Positions 25,901 through 35,400 of a DNA stretch of 55,113 nucleotides are shown one piece after another (the first letter of the stretch is position 1; every line of letters starts with the position of its first letter). This stretch comes from a virus. Its lineage: Duplodnaviria > Caudoviricetes. The DNA lies in the IMG/VR virus record IMGVR_UViG_3300009593_000022, positions 1-55,113 of that record; one strand, 5' to 3'. A program made the translations under genes and the position numbers. The notes beneath the pieces are model-generated. The model saw only the letters and a program-made list of their open reading frames with translations, was not told where the DNA came from and ran no database searches.

Positions 25901-28900
25901 TTTTGACTTTTTTGAGCATGACACCATTGGAAGTGCTGCTTATTTTTCTACTGATTCCTATCCTAATGTTTTTGAACCCGAAGATATTCCTGTCTACACA
26001 ACGAGTGCTGGAAGAAAAATTCCCCTCGCTAACGCGATAGACTTCAGACCTGCGATACAAGACTACAACTATACTTCTACGTATTACGCAAATACGAATG
26101 TCGATGACCCAAGCTCAGTTGGAGATGTCTGGGACTCTCTTCTTTTCTTACCTACGATGAATGACGGAGTATCGGTATCTTTAGGTTATTTTACCAAGAG
26201 AATCGATACCATTATGATAGACGCGGAAAATGAAATAGAACTTATCAGAGGTAAAGAAGACTCAGAACCAGAAGCACCAATGGTAAAGAAAGACGAACTA
26301 GAACTGTTTGACATTCTCGTCTATCCTTACGCAAGGTCTCTCAGAGAGATTAAGGTCAAACCAAAGTTCGCAGATTACAACATAAATTACAATCTCTTCT
26401 CAAACTTTTCTGAGGGAGATACATACGGGCAACCTCAAGGACTGGTAAAAGCTTATGTCGAATCTTTTGAAGGTTTCGGTAAAGCTGACATCGGTACTCC
26501 AGAGTTTTCAATGGCGATAGACACGAAGGACAGAGTCCTTCACTCCATGAAGAATGTACAAACTTGGGATATGGCCTTTGCCCAAAACGCATCAAGAAAC
26601 GTGACATCCTACGATGATAAGATTATCGTTATGGAACATACTCATGTCGATGCTATCAACCAACCATATTACTCAAATACCACAGCGATAAACCCATTCG
26701 GTAGGTCAAAGTTCCAAGGTCAGATGAAGATGACTCCAAGTATGGACCCTTGGTTCGATGATAATGTTAAACCTACAGTAGCGGTAAACGAAGTTGGTGA
26801 GAATGATATGTTTGAGGTTGGAGTAGTAAACTACTTAGATACTTCATTCAACTTCTGGCAGACATACTGGTGGGGTCAACATTCTAGGAAAGACGCATTT
26901 AAAAACTTGTCGACACGACAATTTCAGTCGTTCGCTGACAGAGTTCCTTTCGCACCTCTACCAATACAATTCAACGAACCTTTGAACGACAACATCACAA
27001 GAGATGCTTCAGTCGTTCCTTACATGAAGTCTCAAGACATCTTCTTCAACTCAGAAGGTCTGAAACCATACACAAATGTTTTCATGTATGTTGACGGAGA
27101 AAGAGTTGACCATCGATTCGTATCACTCCCACAAGGACTGGTATTTGAAGATGTCAATATCACAGGTGCAACCTTTGAGGTTGGTGAGACAGTTAGTCAG
27201 GTTACAAACGTTGGAACAGCAGAAGCGACAGTCGTTCACCTTTTCAAACCAACTACAGACAGAACAACAGTTTTGGTGATACGAACATCCACAGCCGACT
27301 TTGATGTTGACGCAGAAGATACAGTTGACGGACAGACATCAGCGGGTAGAGGAAATCTATTTAACGTAGAAACTGCCGCATCACAGTTTGAAGTAAATCA
27401 GTATGGTATCGTTGCGGGACTTCTAAAACTACCGCCAGGCCGTTTTACTGCGACAGACAAACTCGTTCAGATAACAGACAAAAACTTTTACGAATCTGGA
27501 AACGTAGCTGAGTCAACCTTCGCAGAATTTGTTTATCGTTCAAGACCAAGTTATCCACAAGCAAGACAGACCAGACAGAATGAACTAAGAAGGTCTGACA
27601 ATAGAGATGACACAGTTTACTATTCAGAGTTTGACAGAGAAAAGTATACTACTGATTTCACAAGAGAGTTCGCACAATGTTTGTATGTCGACCCAGCCGA
27701 ATATCCAAAGGGATATCACATGACAGGGTTTGCTATCTACGTTGCGAACACAGACTCTTTGGCTAATACTGGTTCTCCTTTGAAGTTTAGCGTAAGACCA
27801 ATGGTTGATGGTTATCCATCTCCTTCTGAGATATTACCATTCTCAGAAAAAATAGTCCAAGCTACAGAGATAAGAACCACAGTCCAAAACAACTTAGAGC
27901 CTGACAGTCAAACAACAAACGATGGTGACGGAAACGGAACGAAAGTATGGTTCCGAGCCCCAGTTTATCTCTACCCAGGCAAAGAATACGCGTTGGTCAT
28001 TGATACAGATAACCCAGAATATAAATTGCACGTTGGACGAATAGGTGAGACATTAACAAACCTCACTCATCGTATTAGACCATACAAAGAACTACCTCGC
28101 ATGTTCCGTAGAAATAACAACGGAGGATGGATGCAAGACAAGTTCAACATGCTTACCATGCAGACATACAGAGCGGACTTTTACACAGGAAGTTCATACG
28201 CAAGATTTGTTATGGACGCTCCTCCAAGTTCCAATGTCAAGATGGACGGATTTCACCTACACGTTGGTGATGTCTCGTATGGAAACGTTGCTTACATTGA
28301 CTACCAATGGAAAGGTTCATCCGAAACTTTGGGCGATGACTTAGACTATCGCTCCTTCGGTCCTAACGAAAACTATTGGTTCAATAACATATCAAAAATA
28401 AACCAACAAAGAGTGATATCAACTTCAGCTAACTCTTTCGTCCTCAATGCAGTTATGTATTCAACGGACGAAGACTTGTCACCTATCTTTGACTTTGAGC
28501 AAATGAAGTTAGTAACTTGGGAAAACATTATTGATAACGCTGAACTTTCAGCAGACAAGTTTATCATAGAAAACCCAGGCTTAGGTTATCACTTTGACAC
28601 TACTGTAAATGGAAACACAGAAGCTACTATCGTAATATCTGGCGGAGACAGATATGCAAACGGAGATGAGATAGGCACGGCTACCCTAAACATGGGAGCG
28701 GGTGGAAGAATAATGTCCGTCAATGTTGTTAACGGCGGTTCTGGTTATACAGGAAACGTTTCTGTTACAGTAACGAATAAAGCTGGAGAAGCTGCACCAA
28801 CAACAAACGCAGTTCTAAGAGTTAAATCAGAAACAGACCCTTACCTTGGTCTTGTAGGTAGTAGATATATAAGTAAAGTCTTTGAGATTGGTGATACAGC

Positions 28901-29234
28901 AAATGCTCTCAAAGTTATAATGGAAGGTAAGAGGCCAGGCGGTTCAGATATAAAAGTTTATTTGAGGGCTGTTTCTGGTTTTGATAACAGTAGGATATAT
29001 GATGCTTGGTATCAAGAAATACCAATGATGGGTGACTCAAACACAGTTTACTCAGACGCATTCACAGAGTTCTGTTTTGAGACATCTACAGACTTCTTAC
29101 TGAGAGACCAGACAGAACGAGTCTTCAAAGAGTTTTCAACTTTCCAGATAAAAGTTGTCTTTACATCAGAAGACACAAGTCGAACACCAGAAGTAAAGAA
29201 TATGCGCATCTTCGCATTTAATAGGAACTTATAA
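22962..29234 (+). CDS. DUF4815/VrlC-like large virion structural (baseplate/tail) protein, 2090 aa
   Basis: N-terminal DPYYDDFD...YRILFRPSYAVQARELTQIQTLLQDQ, LLDPANGAYNYNAPGATR, LDTGQRDDFYD, AIDFRP, AINPF, VPYMKS, FRAPVYL and C-terminal F.TFQIKVV...P.V.NMR motifs. Confidence 0.85.
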   Translation: MPVQSDQLFTSDPYYDDFDERMNFYRILFRPSYAVQARELTQIQTLLQDQLTKTANVSFRDGDLIAGGGLTVDTTLASVKLENTFDNATVNAQHWLGSTIYGAADGGTGVARGYVVAVSDRDSFDPNTLIVRYVTDLIFADGVTIYDADRTLEATTVSATGASKTPNASNVASIVSVDESVYYVSGFLNYVAPQTLILEKYANTPSYSIGFNIDEVIVDEADQNSSPVFTAIPIGETLLDPANGAYNYNAPGATRYRQILNISKRTYSNTSVIEAEGNTRFVELFRINSGEVSSNYDSIYPNDTFRTRPTHKKEQIKPLLVSTHQSKGVQGFTNTSVQSTISGKGTAFLTDFSVGDKIYLEKDQYYGNGTVTFNGSGFIAGSNTTFSNDFSAGMFITVNDTDYEIANVLSNTSMFIIGQTEKNVVDNPYVVKAVRPSEVLAVGSDTSMTVNALVGDGTDQKIINANTFTVRVEGGVTMNGEEVKTYQTSQDITIRKPRDTQYINNVSVGVGLQNYFVVSGEQDGHPTFLQGPGAFDLENLGEVVHLHSSPYANTSTLTQIMSTVVATARVRDFMPLFVDNVDQGKNGYGIALWNIEPRTVANTIGVAGDTTGVNANDTFLTLNGPTAQLDDAYNGVTIEFTSGRLEGFQTRIKDYFANSSLIVDPLPNMPANNDGYRLLFQTKDVKSICAQNNSTLSISTKYQVSNVYGKVSNTILGNTYRDSVLFKQSQTPQFLYETPYQLKSLRTAGGTVKTSYKSRRRELVTIVPQAGTAGSMTVDSGIQFTFPFFDGTMSANDARSSFQVFVAATSDNINTPVGNSLAISGQLDTVSLGGGGAGGGAGKATSATFFISDRGAATQAYVVATVEAANMTFKTKTLINQTGFIVEEPNTTLGSLDSVQKTDVYRIRAVIDSQVDVNGNKNILSSTDLQTAAQGGTLSGANTVYVTENYELDTGQRDDFYDHGGVRLVGSPPTGQIGIVFDFFEHDTIGSAAYFSTDSYPNVFEPEDIPVYTTSAGRKIPLANAIDFRPAIQDYNYTSTYYANTNVDDPSSVGDVWDSLLFLPTMNDGVSVSLGYFTKRIDTIMIDAENEIELIRGKEDSEPEAPMVKKDELELFDILVYPYARSLREIKVKPKFADYNINYNLFSNFSEGDTYGQPQGLVKAYVESFEGFGKADIGTPEFSMAIDTKDRVLHSMKNVQTWDMAFAQNASRNVTSYDDKIIVMEHTHVDAINQPYYSNTTAINPFGRSKFQGQMKMTPSMDPWFDDNVKPTVAVNEVGENDMFEVGVVNYLDTSFNFWQTYWWGQHSRKDAFKNLSTRQFQSFADRVPFAPLPIQFNEPLNDNITRDASVVPYMKSQDIFFNSEGLKPYTNVFMYVDGERVDHRFVSLPQGLVFEDVNITGATFEVGETVSQVTNVGTAEATVVHLFKPTTDRTTVLVIRTSTADFDVDAEDTVDGQTSAGRGNLFNVETAASQFEVNQYGIVAGLLKLPPGRFTATDKLVQITDKNFYESGNVAESTFAEFVYRSRPSYPQARQTRQNELRRSDNRDDTVYYSEFDREKYTTDFTREFAQCLYVDPAEYPKGYHMTGFAIYVANTDSLANTGSPLKFSVRPMVDGYPSPSEILPFSEKIVQATEIRTTVQNNLEPDSQTTNDGDGNGTKVWFRAPVYLYPGKEYALVIDTDNPEYKLHVGRIGETLTNLTHRIRPYKELPRMFRRNNNGGWMQDKFNMLTMQTYRADFYTGSSYARFVMDAPPSSNVKMDGFHLHVGDVSYGNVAYIDYQWKGSSETLGDDLDYRSFGPNENYWFNNISKINQQRVISTSANSFVLNAVMYSTDEDLSPIFDFEQMKLVTWENIIDNAELSADKFIIENPGLGYHFDTTVNGNTEATIVISGGDRYANGDEIGTATLNMGAGGRIMSVNVVNGGSGYTGNVSVTVTNKAGEAAPTTNAVLRVKSETDPYLGLVGSRYISKVFEIGDTANALKVIMEGKRPGGSDIKVYLRAVSGFDNSRIYDAWYQEIPMMGDSNTVYSDAFTEFCFETSTDFLLRDQTERVFKEFSTFQIKVVFTSEDTSRTPEVKNMRIFAFNRNL

Positions 29235-32200
29235 TGTCAAACACCGCAGCAAATAACACAGGAAGTTTCGTAGACTTACTAGAGATTCAAACGGCTGATA
29301 CTCTAGACACTTTCAGAACAGAGTTCAACAAAGTTGCGAATCTGATAAATCTCAGTTATTCATCAGAGTCGAGCAATACAGAACTTTATCCTGACTGGGA
29401 CCCTTCCACAATTGTTATGAGAGGACCGAATGGAGAGTTCTCTGCTGGAGACTTAGTTGTCAATAATATCTTTCTACAAGGAGAGATTTCAGGTAAAATC
29501 AACATGATATCTGATGATGACTTCTCAACGAAAATAAAACTAGACGGAGAAGACGAACTTATTGATGACGAAACAATTAAGTTCTATGCAGGCGGGGGAA
29601 CGACTGGTTCTGAGAGAGCCACTATCAACTCTTCCATGATACACTTGAGACTGGACACAAACCAGATGGGTGTATTCAATGCATATTCTCAGGTAAACAT
29701 AATGGACCAACTGGTCGTTTACCAAAATACCGAATTCAAAAACCCTGTCATGTTGTCTACTGGGAACAACACAATCACAGTCGGACTAGAGGGACAGGTA
29801 AGATACAATATTGAAAGTGAAGAAGTTCAGGCGTACAAACTCAACGATGGATGGACAAACGTAGCATCCAGTATCGACGCCGCTACTGATACAATACTTA
29901 CAAACCCAGCAGACAATGAGGTTCTAACTTGGAACGGCTCATCTTGGGTTAACCTTCCTGTCAATCCTTTGGGGTCAGCCTCGATGGATATTCTCGCTGA
30001 TGTCGCGATAGATGCGGCGAACGTTGTTTCAGGAATGTTCATAAGACACGATGGAACATACTGGAGAGAAGAAACTTTGTCTCTGGATATGGCGAGTGAC
30101 TTTGACTCTGTTAACCGAACACCAAACGATGGTGATGTTCTTCACTGGGATACAGCGAACTCAACTTGGGTTCCTAATACAGTAGCGAATACTTCAACTG
30201 CGAACGCTACTTTAGTAGCTCATGATATCATTTTCACAAGACAAGATACAACACTTTATTCTGTAAACGTAGAGTCTCTTTTCGACTCAGTCAACGCAAT
30301 GTCTGATGTCGATACTACTGGAGCATATCAAGACGCCATTCTAAAATGGGATATTGGTCCAGGCGGAGTTGGAAGATGGATAGTAACTGCACAAGATTCA
30401 GTTGCGAATACTTCTATCAAGGATGCTCACCTTGGTTCACAGACAAGTGTTTACGCAAATACCATTCTGGTCGAGAGAGCAAACGGACTTGACCCATTCA
30501 ACATTCCTCTCCATGACCTCATTTCCAGTATTGATAGACTGGGTGATGTTTCAACCAAGGACGGACAAGCTCCTTCAGCAGGACAGGCTTTGGTTTGGGA
30601 TGATGTTGCTTCCAGATGGTCACCGAATAATATCGTCGCTACGACAGCGAACTTAACCGCAAACTTCTTAAACGAACTAAGTGATGTTACGAGTGCAACT
30701 CCTTTAGACGGACAAATACTGAAGTATTCCACTACAACAAGTAAGTGGGAAATTGGAAACGACATAAACGATATCACACAGAAAGCCCTCACGGAACTTC
30801 AAGATGTTGATATTGTCAGTCCTACTGCTAACTCCTATCTAAAATGGACAGGAGCAGAGTGGGTCGCCGCTTCTGATATTGTTTCAGAAAGTCTGGGGAA
30901 ACTTACAGATGTTGCAATAGATGACCCTCTATATGCACCACAACATATGCAGGTTCTCAAGTTCAATACGAACACAAATAAATGGGAACCACACGATGAC
31001 TCTCTGACAGAGATTGGTTCTTTCGGTCTGTCTAGACTTTCGGATGTCGATGTAGAAACATTAGCTCCTACAGACGGACAAGTATTGAAATGGGATCAAG
31101 CAGCCCTTCAATGGAAACCAGTCGCAGACGATTCATACTTAGCAATATTAGATACAGTCGTTCTTACAATAATGAACGATGTAGACTTAGTTACTACTCC
31201 TCCAGCAACAGGAGACATTTTAAAATACGATGGGACAATGTGGGTGGCTCATACGCCAGCCGATATTGGAACCATTGACGATATAGGCGATGTAGATATA
31301 TCTACTATCGCACCTCAAACTGGACAAGTCCTCAAATGGGACGGCACGAATTTTACCCCAGCGAACGATGCCATCGCTGATTTCGCAAGCCTCTCCTTCT
31401 CAGTTTTCCAAGACGTGGATGTTGCCTCAGCCACAGTAGGAAATCACCTTGTCTTCAACGGCGTAGATTGGGTTCCCGAAGATGCTAGTATTCCTAGAGA
31501 CCTAAACGACTTATTGAACGTTAACCATACTACAACTAATGCCCTTCAATCAGGACATTTACTTTCGTGGGATGGAACTCAATGGGTTAGTCGAGCAGAG
31601 ACGCCTGTTGACTTGTCCACGCATTCTATTAATGAGTTGACGGATGTCGTAACAGACAACGTTATTCTCGCAACTGGTATGTATCTCAGATGGGACGGAG
31701 GCACAGGTTGGAAAGCTTCACCTGCCGATACTGTCTCTCTGGATATGTTGGACCTGTTCGCAAACACTCAAGCCTTGGATGAACAAATACTCATCTTCAA
31801 CGGCACAGCGAACAACTACGAGCCAGCGAACATACCAAACCAAAGCATTGAGGTCATGACCGACACAGACTTGACCTCTCTACAAGACGATGATGTTCTG
31901 AGATACAATCAGAGCACGAGTATGTGGGAGCCTGAAGCTCCATTTGACGAAAGTTACCTGTCACTTACTGATCTCCCAACCATTTCCCAAGTTGGTAACA
32001 CAGGTGAATACTCAGACCTACTCAATAAACCAGACCTAAAACCAATTGCAACGAGTGGGTCGTATACCGCATTGACAGACCTTCCAACCCTACACGCTAT
32101 TGCGGGAACTGGAAGTTTCGATGATATGGTTGATAAACCGACAACCTTGGCAGGTTACGGAATAACAGACGCGATGTCGGGCAGTGCTACAACATCGTTC

Positions 32201-32479
32201 AACGATTTGACGGATAAACCTACCAATCTTGCAGGTTATGGTATTAACGACGCTTTTGACGGAGATTACGACTCTCTGACAAACTTACCTGACCTTACTG
32301 GACTCCTTGCCCAAAAGATGAATACTTGGGTGTCTGAACCAACAACTTCATTTGGTCAGGCAGGAGATACAGCGGGAATGCTCGCTTATACTGATAGTTT
32401 TATGTATATTTGTGTCAGGGATTTTGATGGGGCAGACGGATGTTGGAAACGTATCACTTTAAGTTCAGCAACATGGTAA
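29234..32479 (+). CDS. Tail fibre protein 1 (1081 aa, repeat-rich)
   Basis: N-terminal TADTLDTFRTEFN anchor, about 16 LxDV...GQVLKWDG..W repeats, KPTTLAGYGITDA repeats and C-terminal GDTAG...YIC...WKR..L...W module. Confidence 0.85.
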   Translation: MSNTAANNTGSFVDLLEIQTADTLDTFRTEFNKVANLINLSYSSESSNTELYPDWDPSTIVMRGPNGEFSAGDLVVNNIFLQGEISGKINMISDDDFSTKIKLDGEDELIDDETIKFYAGGGTTGSERATINSSMIHLRLDTNQMGVFNAYSQVNIMDQLVVYQNTEFKNPVMLSTGNNTITVGLEGQVRYNIESEEVQAYKLNDGWTNVASSIDAATDTILTNPADNEVLTWNGSSWVNLPVNPLGSASMDILADVAIDAANVVSGMFIRHDGTYWREETLSLDMASDFDSVNRTPNDGDVLHWDTANSTWVPNTVANTSTANATLVAHDIIFTRQDTTLYSVNVESLFDSVNAMSDVDTTGAYQDAILKWDIGPGGVGRWIVTAQDSVANTSIKDAHLGSQTSVYANTILVERANGLDPFNIPLHDLISSIDRLGDVSTKDGQAPSAGQALVWDDVASRWSPNNIVATTANLTANFLNELSDVTSATPLDGQILKYSTTTSKWEIGNDINDITQKALTELQDVDIVSPTANSYLKWTGAEWVAASDIVSESLGKLTDVAIDDPLYAPQHMQVLKFNTNTNKWEPHDDSLTEIGSFGLSRLSDVDVETLAPTDGQVLKWDQAALQWKPVADDSYLAILDTVVLTIMNDVDLVTTPPATGDILKYDGTMWVAHTPADIGTIDDIGDVDISTIAPQTGQVLKWDGTNFTPANDAIADFASLSFSVFQDVDVASATVGNHLVFNGVDWVPEDASIPRDLNDLLNVNHTTTNALQSGHLLSWDGTQWVSRAETPVDLSTHSINELTDVVTDNVILATGMYLRWDGGTGWKASPADTVSLDMLDLFANTQALDEQILIFNGTANNYEPANIPNQSIEVMTDTDLTSLQDDDVLRYNQSTSMWEPEAPFDESYLSLTDLPTISQVGNTGEYSDLLNKPDLKPIATSGSYTALTDLPTLHAIAGTGSFDDMVDKPTTLAGYGITDAMSGSATTSFNDLTDKPTNLAGYGINDAFDGDYDSLTNLPDLTGLLAQKMNTWVSEPTTSFGQAGDTAGMLAYTDSFMYICVRDFDGADGCWKRITLSSATW
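29880..31935 (+). repeat. About 16 degenerate protein-level tandem repeats (~35-45 aa) in tail fibre 1
   Basis: For example LSDVTSATPLDGQILKYSTTTSKW, LSDVDVETLAPTDGQVLKWDQAALQW and IGDVDISTIAPQTGQVLKWDGTNF. Counted by eye; boundaries approximate. Confidence 0.8.
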
Positions 32480-32488
32480 AGGAAATAG

Positions 32489-35400
32489 ATGGCAGGAGAT
32501 AGTCCACTTCAACCGATAACTTATATCGAACTGACTCACACTTTTGATGACTGGAGAGTCCTCACCAACCAAGTGTTGGCGAGGGTGAACAATGCCGCAA
32601 GTGCAAACAGTTCTGGAAATGACTACAGTGAATTGAGTGGTTCTATTGTTATTCGAGATACAACTGGGTCTTTTGCATCAAACACAATAAACGCTGAACT
32701 CTTCAACGGAAACAACGCAAACATCGTCTACGGAAACTCCTACCAGTGGACATCCAATATTCATATCGTAACTGGTGGATGGTATGTAAATGCCGACCCA
32801 GTCACCGACCCAGCTCAACTCAAGGGTGGAACAATACGAACAACTGACGCTATTTTGATTCCAAGGGGAACAACTGGCGAAAGACCTCAATATCCTGAAT
32901 CAGGGATGATGAGATGGGATGATACTACTGGACAGTTGACTTACTACTCAGAACTTGTTAACCAATGGTTAGGTTTAGGTGGTGGTCAAATTGGAGACAG
33001 AGACTTAGACACGAAAGTTATGGCGGAACTTGGTCCAGGCACGGACGAAGACACCATTTATATGTTCGTTGGAAATACTGGAGATGTAGAACCAGTTTAT
33101 ATGTTGAACGCATTGCAAGCGAACCTTGTAGTTAATGCGGTCTTTAAGTCAAATGTAATGTTTGAACAGGACGCCACTTTTGCGGGTAACCTGACATTCC
33201 TTGGTTCAATGACTTCCATTGATACCACTTCTCTTTCAGTTGAGGACAAGAAAATAAACGTTGGTCTTGTCAACGGACTACGACATAAAGCAGTCGTTTC
33301 ACAAAGAGGTCCGAACATTGACATTGCAACCACAATACCTCACGGACTGAACACAGGTGACAGAATCTTTGTTACCAACCTGAACGACATTGTTGGTATG
33401 GCGGAAGGACTTTACTTAGTCCAGACAGCCGTTAACGCTCAATACATGGAACTTACCAACTTGGACGGAACAGGTATCGGAGCTTCCGTTGGAAACTACC
33501 AACCTGAAGTTTCATTCTCTGGACCTCATACAGACAGCGCTGTCAACAACTCTGGTATAACAATTCCAGGCAATACCGAACACTATATGGTCTGGGAAAA
33601 CCAAGACCAGTATTGGCACGTTTCTGATGGGATGAAGTTTGATAACAGTTCTGCTCTTATTGTTCCAAAAGGAACAAACTTAGAAAGACCTGATGGAACT
33701 CCAATGGGTCACGAAACTGGTATTATCCGTTTCAATACACAGACAAATACATACGAAGGTGTAGTAGAAAGAGAGCCAGGAACAGATAGCACTTTAGTCT
33801 GGACTGACTTGAGAGGTATTGTTGATACCGACTCTGCTTCTGATACATTTATTAACGTATATGGAAACGCGACAAACCCATACGCACTTGTTTCCGACAC
33901 AACTCATACTACAGACGATATCGTCTTTGTATCTCAGGGAACAACCCGATTACATATTGACAGAACATCATACGCTGCATTTACATCGAACTCAGGTCTT
34001 GTAATACCAAGAGGAACAAACGCTGAAAAGCCAGGCTTCCCTTCAACATATCCTGCGTACGCTTCTTCAAACGGAGCGATAACAGGTATGATTCGTTACA
34101 ACGAAGATGTCAATACATTTGAAGGACTTGCGTACGACCCAGATGGAACAGACAACTTAGAATGGATTTCAATCAGTCACATGGCTGACTCTAAGTCTGG
34201 AAACGATACTTTCGTTTCTGTTTACGGACATGCAAGCAACTCCACTTCCGTAACTCCTGGCCCAGACCTTCACGGAGGAACTCATACCTACGATGATATG
34301 GTTTTCACGACCGCAGGGACAGAGAGATTTTACGTAGACAACTCAGGTTGGATAGAATTTTCAGCTGCGAATAACTCAGTAAGATTACCAAGAGGAACGA
34401 ACGCACAGAGACCAGCCGACTTTGACAACGGACACAGGCCAGGCGCAATTCGTTTTAATACTGATAAAAATGTCATGGAGTTATTACTCAATGACAACGC
34501 TTCTTGGGCTTCCATTGGTGGAGGTGTTTCTGACTCTGGAGACACAGGTTCAGAAGAAGATACTTTCATGAACTTGTATGGAAACATCACCGACCCGAAT
34601 GGAGTCACCTCTTCAACTACTGGAGGAACTGACCCTCACGATGGAACAGGCGGAGCAGGTCATACGAAAAACGATATTGTATTTGTTACAAACGGAGTAG
34701 AGAGATTATTTGTAGATAATACTGGATACATTGAAGCGACATCCAACTCGACATTCAGAGTTCCACAGGGAACAGTAGCACAAAGACCAGCTACTACAGC
34801 GACAGGACACAACCCAGGCGCCCTACGTTTTAATACTGACTACAACATTCTTGAAATTGTATTGAACGATGGTGAATGGCAGGCAGTTGGTTCTCTGACT
34901 CAGATAGACAGAGATACTTGGATAAACGTATATGGTAACGCCGCGAACGGAACAGCGATAACTTCAGATGCGAACCACGATGATAACGAGATGGTGGTTA
35001 CCACGGCTTCAGCTCATGCGTTGACCATTGACAAGAACCAAAATGTAGGTATTGGTCCTGACTCAGATAACTTGAATACTTCACCTGACGCGAGACTCAG
35101 AGTTGACGGAACGGCAAATGTCACAGCCAACGTTACAATGAACGACTATCTCACAGGTGATAACGATTCTTCCCAGTTGACTTGGGCTGGACATATCAAC
35201 GTATCGAATACCGCACAATTCGGAAATACGATGGGTGTCACAGGCGCCGTCAACATGGCGAATACTCTGACAGTCGTAGGTGCGACAGAAGTTCAAAATA
35301 CTTTTGATGTAACAGGAGCTTCCACTTTCGCTAACACGATGGATGTAACAGGAGCTTCATTATTCTCAAATACAATGGGAATCACAGGAGCGACCTCAGT

